Source of the DNA: Vermamoeba vermiformis
Lineage: Eukaryota
Direction of reading: 5' to 3'
Length of the DNA: 64,000 nt
Assembly (NCBI GenBank): GCA_045837725.1
Contig: JBEWZL010000062.1
Location: 1 to 64,000 of the forward strand
Positions 9,501-20,935 of this stretch are shown here, piece by piece (position 1 is the stretch's first letter; every line of letters begins with the position of its first letter). The notes beneath the pieces were generated by a model, which worked only from the letters and a program-made list of their open reading frames with translations, made no database searches and was not told the origin of the DNA. The position numbers and the translations under genes were made by a program.

Positions 9501-12500
9501 ATCCCGAGCGAGACTCGCCAGGGATGACAATTCCATCCCAAGCGAGTCTCGTCATGGATAAAAATACTTTACTTACTTTTTTTTTGGAGTTTGAAAGTCA
9601 TCGTCATCGTCATCATTGTTGTTGTTGTTGTTATTATTGTTGTTCTCAGGCTCAACCTCCTCTTCAACAATTCCTGCAACTTTTCTCTTCTTTCTTTTGG
9701 GTTGCGTTCTCTTCTTTGTCTTCTTCGACTTGGTCTTTTTAGTCTTTTCGCCATCACCTTCGTTTTCTTCATCTTCTTCAATCTCCTCTTCCTCTTGCTC
9801 TTCTTCTTCTTCTTCTTCTTCTTCGTCTTCTTCTTCTTCCTCTTCTCTTTTTCTTTTTTGACCCTTCTTTGGCGTTTTGGCTTCCTTCTCCTTGTAAAAG
9901 TCAGCTTCAAGCTCCGCCCAAGTTTTGTGAACCAAGTCGAATTCATGAGTGTCTTGGTAAAAGATATCATTCTTCTTCATCTCTTTGTACCATTCAAGCA
10001 TTTCCTGTAATAATTGTAAGTGAAAAGGGTAATTTCATACAATTCCATCCCGAGCGAGTCTCGCCTGGGATGACTTACAGGACTCTTGGGCTCTTTGGCA
10101 TCTGCAAGCTTGTCGATGTTGTATTTACGAACAAGTTCATGTTCCCATTCAAACAACAATGTGTACAATTCGTTGGATCTGATTTTCTCTATTTGCTCAT
10201 CAACCCAAGAATTGATCGTCGATTCAGTGATTGCAGCTGTGACGTAGTTTTGCAACCAGGTAAAATTGGCAAGCTTGCCTCTGGTGGGAGAAGTTGGCGG
10301 GAGAAGTTTGAAACTGCTCTTGTAGTCATGTTCAACCAGACGAAGCACGCGTTCTTTCAAATAGTTTGCCGAAAACAAGGAAACCAAAGGCACAACTCTA
10401 CCCATTGGCAAGATTTTATCCACGTCAGTAGTCGTATCAAGGAACAGGCACCTTCTTTTGTTTTGCAAGAAGGCCTGTCCGGCAAAAGCAATGGCATTGT
10501 TGCTCATGGTTCCCATGATGATGGCACAGCTTTTACCAGATAATTCGACGAACTGCCCCAAAGATGCCATAAACTCGGTCAACAAATTGTCTTCGTCAGG
10601 AATACTCTCAGACTTGACTGTTCTCTGGATCAAGGGATTCTTGTTGGCAAAGAAGCATTGATGTTCATACGAGAAACCGACATTGGGAAGTAGGGTCTCG
10701 TAACCAATATTCCGAAGTTTGATCAGCTTGGTGTGCATGGTATGCCACTGCAGAACGACAAATAAACCAGTTCCACCAGTAGGCTTATCTGACGTCATGT
10801 GATAGCCTTTGTAAAGCATTACGGGGAAGATGAACATCTTCTTTGCAATACCCGTAGTTTCAATGATGTCCGAAAGTGTTTCTTTCAAAATGTTGCAATT
10901 TGATACAATTATAATCACAACTAAGTAAATGTTTATCCCTGGCGAGTCTCGCTCGGGATGAATTTGATTAATATTTGCTTGAAATTGTAATATTTTGAGT
11001 ACAAAAGAAGTGAAGTGTTATCCCTGGCGAGTCTCGCTCGGGATGAATTTTGAATATAATACTTACCGTTTCAAAGTCACCCAAAGTCGAAACTCCTTTT
11101 TCTTTTAAAACTTCAAGGGCTTTGTTTGCAACCGTTTGTCCTCTTGTGGTCTGTAGGACACGCGTAACGGAGGACATTTGTTGCAAGTCTTTGGGACCTC
11201 CACTGACTGATGCAAGGATGTCGTTGATAATCATCCAACTTGCATACTGAAGATCGGGGGAGCGAAGCTTAGACTGTCGGAGGTTGCCACCAGTGATGCT
11301 GAGAATAGGAAGCAAGTTGCCAACTTGAGCCTGGTTTAGCCAATAATCTTGAGCTTTAAGCACAAGAGGGGTGTTGTATTGCGCATTCTCCTTCCTTATT
11401 TCGGCAATGGTAGGGACAACCGTCTCCTTCAAGAATTTAATGACAAACTCTCGGCCTTTGAGGTAGCGACACAAAGCACGGAAACTACTGGGGCTGAGTT
11501 TGTTTACCGCAGCGTATGCCATGGCAATGTGACGTCTTCTCATGGACATGCCACTCAGTTCAGAATAGTGATGAACGGAAAGGGGTGATCGAGTTTCTTG
11601 ATCCTTCAAGTAAGTGTACCAAAGAACCCAAACAAAAGTAGGCCAACCGGGAACAACTTGGTAAGCACCTCGAAGTTTGTTGTGGTTACCAACCAAGGCT
11701 GTTGCAAAAACAGTGTTTCGGGTAGTCCGTTTTTCATCTTCTGTTTCTTTTTCCTCTTCTTGTGCATCTTTCTTCTTGCCTTTTGTTTTTGGCTTCAGGC
11801 TAACATCTACGGTGTCAATAACCTCCTTCAACTTCTTGGCAGTCGTTCCTCGCGTCATCTCCATTATTTGCGGATGGTACTTGGCAATGATCTGAACTTC
11901 TGCATCAACAGGGCTCAGCTTCTTTTCGCCAAACAGAAGATCCAACCAGGCCTCTCTCATTTGTTTTAAGAGATCTACAAGCGTGATTTGGGCCATGCTC
12001 TTTTGGACTTCGTTATACCATAGAGCAATGACCCTCTTCTCTTCTTCAGTCAATCCAACAAACAAGATCAAGCTCATTGTTGGATTCTTAATCTTCTTCT
12101 GCTGAACCAAGATCGCAGCAGCATGCAGTCTGTGCTGGCCATCCAAAGTCTCGACCAAATCATTGAAGGCTGGCTTGTGAGCCATTGGCTTGCCTGAGAG
12201 ATGAGACAGAAAGTAATCTTTTGTGTTGTCCCATTGAGTTTGCGTGATGCAGCCAACCATTGGTGTTTGGTTCCACCATTCCGAACCAATGCTCTTCACT
12301 TTCTCTTGCACGACATTCTGCTTAAGGTCACGCATTATATTTTTTGAGGCCTTCTTCATGACAGTGGATGGGTATGTTGTCAAAGTTTCCAGCTCTCTTA
12401 TCGGAGTTGAACAATTGGACTCCGTGGGCTTGGACTTTCTGCAAGTAGGATTTGTCTTTGATGTTCTTGGCAAGTTCATCGACGACCTCCTTCGTCAGCC

Positions 12501-14705
12501 CTGCAGCCGCTCTTGCTTCGGCCTCTGCGTCGCTGATTTGTTTATCCATCAGCTTCTTTGATTGCTTCTGCAACAGATTCGCTTCGAAGTCTTCCTGAGC
12601 CTTTGCTCCTTTTTCCGTCTTGGCCACAGCTAACAAAGCCTCTTCATCCTCCAACCGCAACAAAGATCGGACGAACTTTTCGTCCTTAGCTGTTGGTTCA
12701 GCAACCTACAAAGTTAACGTCAGTACCTTGTATGCATTGTTTCATCCCTGACGAGACTCGCTCGGGATTACTTTCCAACATTGTGACTTTACATTATATC
12801 TTTGTTTTCTTTGAAAAGAAATGAGTATCTCATCCCAGGCGAGTCTCGCTCGGGATGAATTCATTATTGTTTTGGTTTATGTAATATTAAATTTGTAAAT
12901 TATTTGTTGCATCCCAGGCGAGTCTCGCTCGGGACAGTTTCAATTAAATTTACCTTAATTTCTACAATTGTTGGCTTCTTTTTAGCCCCAACCACTGGAA
13001 ATTCTTTAGGATTACCAAAGGGCTCATCGTCGTCAATGACAACTGTGGGTTGCTGCACCACTCCTTGGTTCTCCTGGCTTTCAACAACCGGATTCTGCTC
13101 AGGTTGTTCGTCGACGACCATATCCGTCATCTCAATACATTCCTGCAGCTCGTTAATCGCCTGTTGTTGTGATTCTGTGTCCACTCGCCCAAAATCCGTG
13201 ACCTTTCCGGCTTCAACTGCTTGTATGTACAGGTTAACCCATTCGGGTAATGGAAAGCTTCCGGCCCATTCAAAAACATCAGCTGCTTTCTCGACAAGCT
13301 TCCATTCAGCAATGATGGGGTTGATTTTTTCCAAACCCCAAAAAGAGTTGACGTTGATGAAAATCCGGTCCTTCTCTTTAAAGCTGCCATCTATGCATGC
13401 AAACAGATAGCACATGTTGCTGAACTTCGCCGGGCGACAGATGACCAGTTCGTGCTTTTCCATAATGTCGCTCTCCACTTTTTCACCACTAACGCCAGAA
13501 CCAACGTTACGCAAAAGCTTCCCGTGAAAGACCAGTCGATCGGCTGCAGCGTTTGGCTCAATATACCAAGGACCAGAAGTATGGTAGTTGGGCTTGTATT
13601 GAGCAGTCGCCCAGCTGTCCTTTTTCTGAAACAGTTTCTGCTCCACGGCGATTCGTATGTTTTGAACCAGCGGATTTCGGGGGCTGAACAAACCAGCGTC
13701 TTCGGATACAGGCTCCTTTTCTTCCGTTGGCTTCTCCGTATTAACGTTCGTGGATCTTCTACCGGCTTCCTCGGACAAATCGGCAACAGGATTTGATCTA
13801 CCTCTGCTAATGCACGTTAGATTACCATTCATGATTTATTTTCATCCCGAGCGAGTCTCGCCTGGGATGACTAACTGAAAGTTAAGTTTATTCACTTTAG
13901 GATGAATGATTATTTGAATATCATCCTTAACGAGTCTCGCTCGGGATGAATTCTTTAAAAAAAATCTATGGTAAACATAATTCAATTTCAAAAATAGAGA
14001 TTGTTTAATCCATCCCAGGCGAGTCTCGCTCGGGATGACTTCGGAAATAAATTTCAATAAAACTTTACTTACCGTGAGCTTATCCCGGGGGTCCTTGCTG
14101 TAGTTGTCGAGGAGCTTCGGGTTTGGCGACCAGAGGGGGTACCTTTGGAATTATTGCTCATTTTTGTTATAAAAAAAAAAACAAAGTTACGGTGTTGAGT
14201 TGTGGTGGTGTGTGTGGTAAGTGAAAGTAAAATGAAAAAAAAACCGAACGGAAATTTTATAGATTTTCCTCCCTTGCTAATTTTGGGAGGCAATTTCAAA
14301 TTCTGGTGTAAAATTACGGTTTAATCACCCTTTACCTTTCAATTTCCATCGCGAGCGAGTCTCGCTTGGGATGAGAGGAGTAGCTGGTTTTTAAGGGTTG
14401 AATGGTTGAAAATTATATTATTATGCACCTTAAGCTAGTGGATTCTATCCCGAGCGAGTCTCGCCAGGGATGGAACTAACAATTTGATCGTCAGGTTATA
14501 GGGTTAATTAATTTCTATCCCAGACGAGTCTCGCTCGGGATGTCTCGCATTATTCTACATGAATACCAAGAAGAGTTAAGGTTCATCCTTAGCGAGTCTC
14601 GCTCGGGATGAAAAAATGTTGAACGAATGACTTATCAGGGGGCTCCGCCCCCTGCACCCCCCTTCTTTTTTTCTTTTCCCATCCTTAGCGAGTCTCTCTC
14701 GGGAT
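9501..14705. repeat. Dispersed 27-bp imperfect palindrome CATCCC(AG)GCGAG-W-CTCGC(TC)GGGATG, 16 copies
   Basis: Copies start at ~9501, 9534, 10046, 10935, 11020, 12743, 12831, 12910, 13843, 13922, 14011, 14347, 14447, 14517, 14584 and 14680, in both orientations. None was seen elsewhere in the window. Confidence 0.95.
9573..14161 (-). CDS. Multi-exon ParB/Sulfiredoxin-fold (DGQHR) protein with an acidic/basic tail; one frameshift near 12330-12420
   Basis: Exons 14161-14073, 13797-12954, 12705-11067, ~10920-10079 and 10004-9573. Three junctions are phase-consistent GT-AG; the 11066/10921 junction is not. ParB N-domain motifs: MRDLKQNVVQEKVKSI, ETLDGQHRLHAA (GxxRxxA) and EEEKRVIALWYNEVQ. Confidence 0.7.
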
Positions 14706-14789
14706 CAGTAATTGACCCTCCCGTATTTAATATAGTATCAATGTTTATTAGTGATAGGAATTGTATCCCTAATGCCTAACATCAGTCAT

Positions 14790-15795
14790 TTAGGTCATAT
14801 TAAATATAACACGTTAGTAACCCACCGTGGCTAACTGTACAATTACTCACCAGTACATTGTAATGAATGTAATGGATCTGTTAACGCGAGAAGATCGGGT
14901 TCAAGATCCGTCACCGTGAATCTCTAAAGCAAAAATAAAGCGCATCAGAATATTAAATAACAATAAAATAAATGAATTAAACTACTTACGCTTTACTTGC
15001 TACTGGTCTGCAAGAGATCTATTTCGCACTCGATCTAGAGCTCGCATCTTGGCTCTGACGGTGCAATAACCTATTTGATAAGGAGTAGTATATTGTTTTA
15101 ATTATAAAATAGAGAAATATTCGAATTTTGCGCAAGCACGAAGCTCGATCCGTAATGACAATTTATTTTAAATTATTAGAGCAATTTTAAATTTCAAAAT
15201 GACGCGTTCCCTGCATCTTATTGGTTGTTTTTACTATTAAAATCGAACTTACCAATTATTATGATGCGTCCAACGCATCCGATCTCGCCATCAAGTACTC
15301 TGAGCGTTCCGTGACCGCCATGAGCACCAACCAAAGCATGGCACGAGAGGAATAATATATTCAATAACACTTAACTTCCGTTTGTGGTCGCGATCGCTGG
15401 AAAATAAAGTCAAAAACACTTTCGATCGCAGTCAAAAATACAAATCCAAGTTAAAAGAAAAATTAAGATAAAATATTTATAAAAATGGGTGGATTGTATA
15501 ATTAAAAATAGTACCTGTATTTATTTCGGTCTCCGCACCGAGATTCGCGCATCAAATCTTGATCTTGCATTTTCTTGCGCTGCAACGACACTGGATGTCG
15601 TTTGGCGCGTGTCTATAAATTATCTAAATAAACAAACCAACCCTTGCAGCCGATCTGTCGCAAATCCGAGTTCACACCTGTCATTCTCCTAATAACTCCC
15701 GCTGAACAGCCGTGGCGACTGTGGCGCGTCACTTTCTGCTGTAAATAAACAAAAAAATAACAAATAATGCAACCCTGGTGGTCGATCTGTTCAAG
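14790..15795 (-). repeat. Third, truncated copy of the exon-intron module repeat
   Basis: Colinear with ~2790-3900 (e.g. GCACGAAGCTCGATCC at ~15137 vs ~3109; GATCTCGCCATCAAGT at 15281 vs 3253; TGTCGTTTGGCGCGTGT at ~15596 vs ~3690). Reverse donors are at 14989 and 15252. Confidence 0.85.
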
Positions 15796-17760
15796 TGATT
15801 AACTTAAAACGGTCAGATCTTTGTGCGATTCCCTCCCGCGGGAGCTTGTTTATCAATTTTATTAACAGGGTGAAATTTCAGCCCCTCGAAAGTTCTCCTT
15901 CCTTTTCGCTCCTCCCCGGGGAGATTTTAATCAATTTTATTTCCTCCCGCAGAGCTCTTGCAAGGGAATTTCACAGGAAACAGGTCTGATCTTCCTTGTA
16001 TTGAGTTGCACCTGTCACAACTTGCCGTCAACACCACAACACAGCGCAGAAGAGCCGAGTGCAGTGCCCGTTGTTGCTTGCTGTTGCGCTGCAATTGGCA
16101 CTACTCCCTGCTTGTCTGCGCTCTGCTTTCCCAGGTTTTGCTCGAGATGGCTGTAATGGTAAGATAAGTGTTGATTTTTTATTGAAAGCAGCTTGCATTA
16201 TATCAAATTTAGATTATTTACATTTATTAATGGTGTTAGTTTTGAATTTTTCTGACACCAAGGCTATTTTTCAGATGCGATATTTTTTTTCAGATGCAAA
16301 GCTAAATTTTATTTTTTTCTTGATATTTTACACTTGCAAGCACAAACATTGCTTGCTTTTCGCAACAGGCAGGTGCCACTTGGAACCGACCCCTATTGGA
16401 CTTGCCTTTTTCAAGGGCGGTATCACGTGAAACCTACCCTTGTTGGATAACTCTGCTCTTTCTTTATTACTTTGATATGTTTTTGTTTTTTCAAGTACAA
16501 TTTTATTGCTTATGACATAGTCTTCTTATTCTTCACTACTTTCAAGTTCAGCAATCTGTGAGGAAAAGTTCAACAAAAAATGAGTTTAAGGGCTCTTTAA
16601 ACTCTATAACCTGTGGGTTTTTATAACCCAGAAGCCTACTATAATTCATCAAACAAGAGCTAGCTATTCACCATCACAGCTCAAGTGAAGATCAATCCAA
16701 GATGGATCAACATCTACTCAGCAACACTGGCTCTAACAGAGGGCACAAGATGAGGTCAGCACTGGGAATCTTTTTCCACTTTGTTTGTGACATCATTAAA
16801 CCAGTTGTTGTCAATATTCATCACCTCCTCAACAGTAGAGTTGCAACTGCTTTCCCACAGTGGTACAAAGCAACAGGCAAAAAACCAAGCACCAATGGCA
16901 ACATGATCAAAATGATTCAAATGTTCCTCAAGTATTTACACATAAGTGTAGTTATATCACATTACAGTGTACCTTAATATAACAATTAATTTTAGGGCCT
17001 TGAGCAATTTGCAAACTATCAAAGTTATATTATGGCCATTGGTGATGCTCTGCAAGTACCTGGAGCAAGTAAGCAAATTGCTTTTTTTTCAACAAGATAA
17101 CTGACTTATAGTATAAAATAGAAGCAAAAGACATTGCTAAATCTCAGGCTAACAAAACTGTTGCTGAGAGTATGATGCTGCTCAGTGAATGGTTGAATCA
17201 AAACAAGTTGCTTCAACTCAACCAAGAGCGAAGACTCTGACAGAAGCGGCTCGGCTTCAAATTCATGATCGTTGTTTTCGAGCTCTTCATCATCAAGTTC
17301 CTCCTGCGCACCAAGCCCCTCGTCTTCTTCTTCGTCTTCATCTTCATCTTATTCATCCAAGTCTGCCGCGAGCAAATCTACCAATGTCAACAAGTCTTTC
17401 AACTTACCACTGTCTCTGTTTCGCAAACAGGAGGACTTCAAGGAGGCTCCGGTAGCTGTGGTTGTTATTGACGGTCCAAAGCCACCTGCTAAACCTGTGG
17501 TGCACCATAGCCCTTCTACAAATAAGACCAAGGCTAAACCTGTGCCACTGAAGAAGATCTCCAATCTACTTCCCACCTCTGTCTTTCGTGTTAATCTCTT
17601 CCCCAGTATGCAATGATCTGTGGGAGAGAAGAGAAAGTTGTTGCTATCTCTGTTTATGAAAGAGACAAATAAGAAACCCAAAAATATGTAATGATCAGAC
17701 CTACTTCTTTAATCTTTGATATTTAATATACAAAAACCAATAATAACTAAACTGAAAATA
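15796..17760 (+). mobile_element. Decayed CpG-depleted insertion with a fragmented coding remnant
   Basis: It interrupts the repeat copy at ~15795 and has GC-rich subterminal motifs at 15830-15960. The interrupted ORF 16702-16977 (FPQWYKATGKKPSTNGNMIKMIQMFLKYL) weakly resembles a tyrosine-recombinase core-binding domain. A Ser-rich tail runs to 17616. Confidence 0.35.
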
Positions 17761-18626
17761 AATATTCTTCTGGTCAGTGAAATCCTAACTTAACGAATTA
17801 GTTTTATTAATAAGAAATTTACTGATTCGTTTATTAAAGATCATTTGAAGGAGCAATTTGAATCTTTTTGGACTGAAGTTCATCTCAATATCTTGGCTTT
17901 GGCTACTTTCGCAGCACGAACGAGAAGGGTAGCTCATTGCTTGATTGGTGCTTGCCAACCAACACCATGCTGATTACGTTATGCTGTCACTGATGCACAG
18001 GATTACACGTAGAGTTACAACGAGGTACTTCCTTGTCCAATGAGTAGCAACAGCCTGCTTGTTGAAGACAGAAAAACTTGAGCTCACGTCATTGGTGCCG
18101 GTGCACACAGGAGTGTAGGTTGCCATTGTTGTTAGTAAGTGGTCGCTGTCACGTGCTCATGCAGACAGTGCTGGCACTGGCACTTGTGGACATTACAAAT
18201 GAAGTAAGCACACGAATGCAACCTCAAAATAAGAGTTGCACATGTCTTGTTGTGCGATGAGCTTTCCCAACTTGTACTCTGTGGAGACGTGCACCATGTG
18301 CAGATACCTCAGGTGCAGGCCTCGAGGTCTACCAGGGACAAGGAGAATGGCAAGTCCGTTAGCGATCTCCTCACTACAAGCAGAGCGCATTGCGTAGTTA
18401 GTATTGCGAGCTAAACGTTGAGTTATTCTAATAATATTGTATTTTGGTAACAAGACATTTTGAGTGTCAGTGTTAACAGTGGAACTTCCTGATCCATAAC
18501 AATAAGGAGAATATAGTTTCAGGTGAGGAGTTATTACTGAGTAATAAGACCTCCAACAGCAAAACAGGAAGAACCATTGAAGTTAATGCTTCAAAAGTTG
18601 AAAACATAATCAGCAAGGGCAATATT

Positions 18627-20935
18627 TTATTCTTCTTGGTCATCCTCTTGTATGGCCATATCAGCCATCAAATTGATAAAACTCATGCACAGAAATTGAG
18701 GCACGCGTACTATTTCACCGGTCTTCTTTTGATTTTGGATGAACGTCTCTAGACTGTTGATCACGTCTGGTTTGAAAGAAGGTGACTGGAATGGATCCAC
18801 AAACATAATCTTCTTGCGAATGCAGTAAACGAAAAATGTGAAATCCTCCCACGTTTCAATGATGTCATTTTTGCTGAGTTCGTGCATCCATGCTGGTCCT
18901 TGTGAGAAGACAAAGAGAGGCTGATGCATCATTCGGTCGATCTCCTTGAGTGTTTTGTTTGATATTTTCGTGACATCGAGCTTCAATATTGCCTGCCCGA
19001 AGCCACACTTGGCTGGATCCGAGAGCAGACTGAACGTTGTTCTTGCTTCTTCAAAGCGGCCGAGAACTATGAGCGACTCGACCTTCTTGATAAGAGCCAT
19101 ATTGAACAACTCTTCGTGGCTATTGATATAGTTGTTGATATTAACTAACTTGATGTGTCGGAATGGCTCTTCGATCGGATTTGTGCAAGGTCCTTCCAAC
19201 TCTTTTGTGATCTCTTCCTTCTTTGCCTTTGCTTCGAGAAGTATGGCGCTGTACTCTTGAACAAGATTCGTGCACAAGGTCACGATGTCATCTAATCGAC
19301 CGGCATTGTCGTACATGACGAGCAAGTTGTTCAACAAAATTGAATCCTTGTGATTACAAAGGTCAAATCCTTTTGAAAGTAGTACGAACGCCATTTCAAA
19401 ATCCTCTTCGAGCACGGCAAAACTGAAGAAATAAAGCGCTGATTAATGGATTGCGACAAATTATTTTTCCTCGAGTCTTACCTTGCTGCGAGCGAATACG
19501 ACTCGTAAAACTTTGGATTTATCTTCATAGCGATCTCTAAACATTGTTTGCCCTAAACTCAAAGTTGGTAAGGTGGGACAAAGAAAAAAACGGAAGATCC
19601 AGATCCCATACCAATTCATTTTCACCTCGATGGCAATGCAGAAGACCACGATTAACGTAAGATTTGGTGAATTCAGGACAGATTTCGACAGATTTTTTGT
19701 GATGCGCGAGTGATACATCGTCTTCCCTATCGCACAGTGAGTAATCGTACATTTTACTAGTAAATTGGTTCAGTCCTTACTCTCGTAAAAAGTAGCAATA
19801 AGCCAAGTTGTGATGAATCATAAAGTCTTTCTGCAGTTAATAGTTAGAACGACGCTGCGCAACTAACTGAAGGCAAACTTACGTCGTACGGAAATTCCAA
19901 TATTTTCAAATAATCATTGATTTCAGATGTTCTATCTTGATCTATACCGTGTGCCCGCGTTCCCAATATAAATCCTATCGGCATTTGAGTGTTAATTAAG
20001 CCTAAGGTATTATAATTTAGCTTCCGTACCTCGCTGATGTAAACATGTCAAATTATTCGGCTCTAATTCTAATGCTTTGTTGATATATTCCAAGGATTTG
20101 TCGTATTCATTTGATAAGCAATATAGGTCCGAAATGATTAAATTACGAAAGGTTTCATTATCGCAAGCCTGGATTCGAAAGTGTCAATCATCAATATTTC
20201 GATTAACGAATGCTTACTGTTAGCGCCGTGATCAAATCAGAGTATGTTTGTAGCCCTGGGAATTTCCAAGACACTCCTGGTTCAAAATCGACCCAGCAAT
20301 CAGATCTTTTGCGCCAACACTTGTAATCCCTCGGGAACATTCGTAACGCCGTATTAAACACTTGCTATAATTTTCATAATTAGTACGGCCCATTTACAAC
20401 CAATATTCCACTTACTAACGCGCCGTTATACTGTTCTCTATTTAAATAACGCAAGGCTTCGGTGTACAATCGTTTGCTCTGCAGTCACGGTTAATTTGTG
20501 TTCGTATTAATAATGGAAATATTTCTTACCATTTTTAATAAATTATTGGTCGCTAATAACGCGAAACGCTTAGAAACCATCGAAGCAGTGATGATCTCCT
20601 TCGCGTCCAAAAATTGCATAATATGGATAATGGCATCATCGAAGAGATCATTTAAACTGTCATGTACTGTAACAGATTTCGTTAATTAAAATAATTGATC
20701 GAGATCCGGATGTCAAAACTGTCCCTTCAAAATTGTTCAATCCAAAATATGAACTTTCTCAATATATTTTTGGAAAGAAAAAATCAACTAGGTACCACCG
20801 ATAAACGATGTTCGAAATAACCGAAAACCTTTTATAAAATCCGCTTACCACTACCGCTCATGTTCAATACATTCGATATATTAATAATTGTTCTTCCTTT
20901 GGTGGTATTATAACTCTGGCTATTGCTTTTGTCAT
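18627..20935 (-). CDS. F-box plus TPR-repeat protein (multi-exon)
   Basis: The exon at ~20665-20530 translates SLNDLFDDAIIHIMQFLDAKEIITASMVSKRFALLA (F-box). TPR-like segments are YDKSLEYINKALELEPNN (~20110-20050) and LAHHKKSVEICPEFTKSYVNRG (ORF 19537-19752). The last exon is ORF 18627-19415. Confidence 0.75.

Larger units (their letters stand above)
4700..14780. mobile_element. Putative large mobile/selfish element carrying a ParB-like gene and a private palindrome family; ends not defined
   Basis: There is an abrupt composition change at ~4700, orphan genes and an element-restricted 27-bp palindrome. Copies of the exon-intron repeat family flank it on both sides. No transposase, integrase, TIR or TSD was identified. 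Confidence 0.45.

Noticed and set aside
9524-10543. Plus-strand hydrophobic or poly-Ser ORFs over GAA/AAC microsatellite-like runs
   Set aside because: They are antisense shadows of the Glu/Asn/Asp-rich last exons of the ParB-like gene.
14347-14705. Five 27-bp palindromic repeats with unique spacers resembling a CRISPR array
   Set aside because: Repeats flip orientation, spacers are irregular (about 41-73 bp), the same motif occurs in spliceosomal introns, the context is eukaryotic and no cas genes are present.
15982-17702. 10-bp inverted match AGGTCTGATC / GATCAGACCT as possible TIRs
   Set aside because: Too short, not at the apparent insertion boundary (~15796), and no target-site duplication was seen.
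17900-18460. Short Cys-rich ORFs in CpG-poor sequence
   Set aside because: No coherent frame or motif; probably decayed sequence that cannot be assigned.
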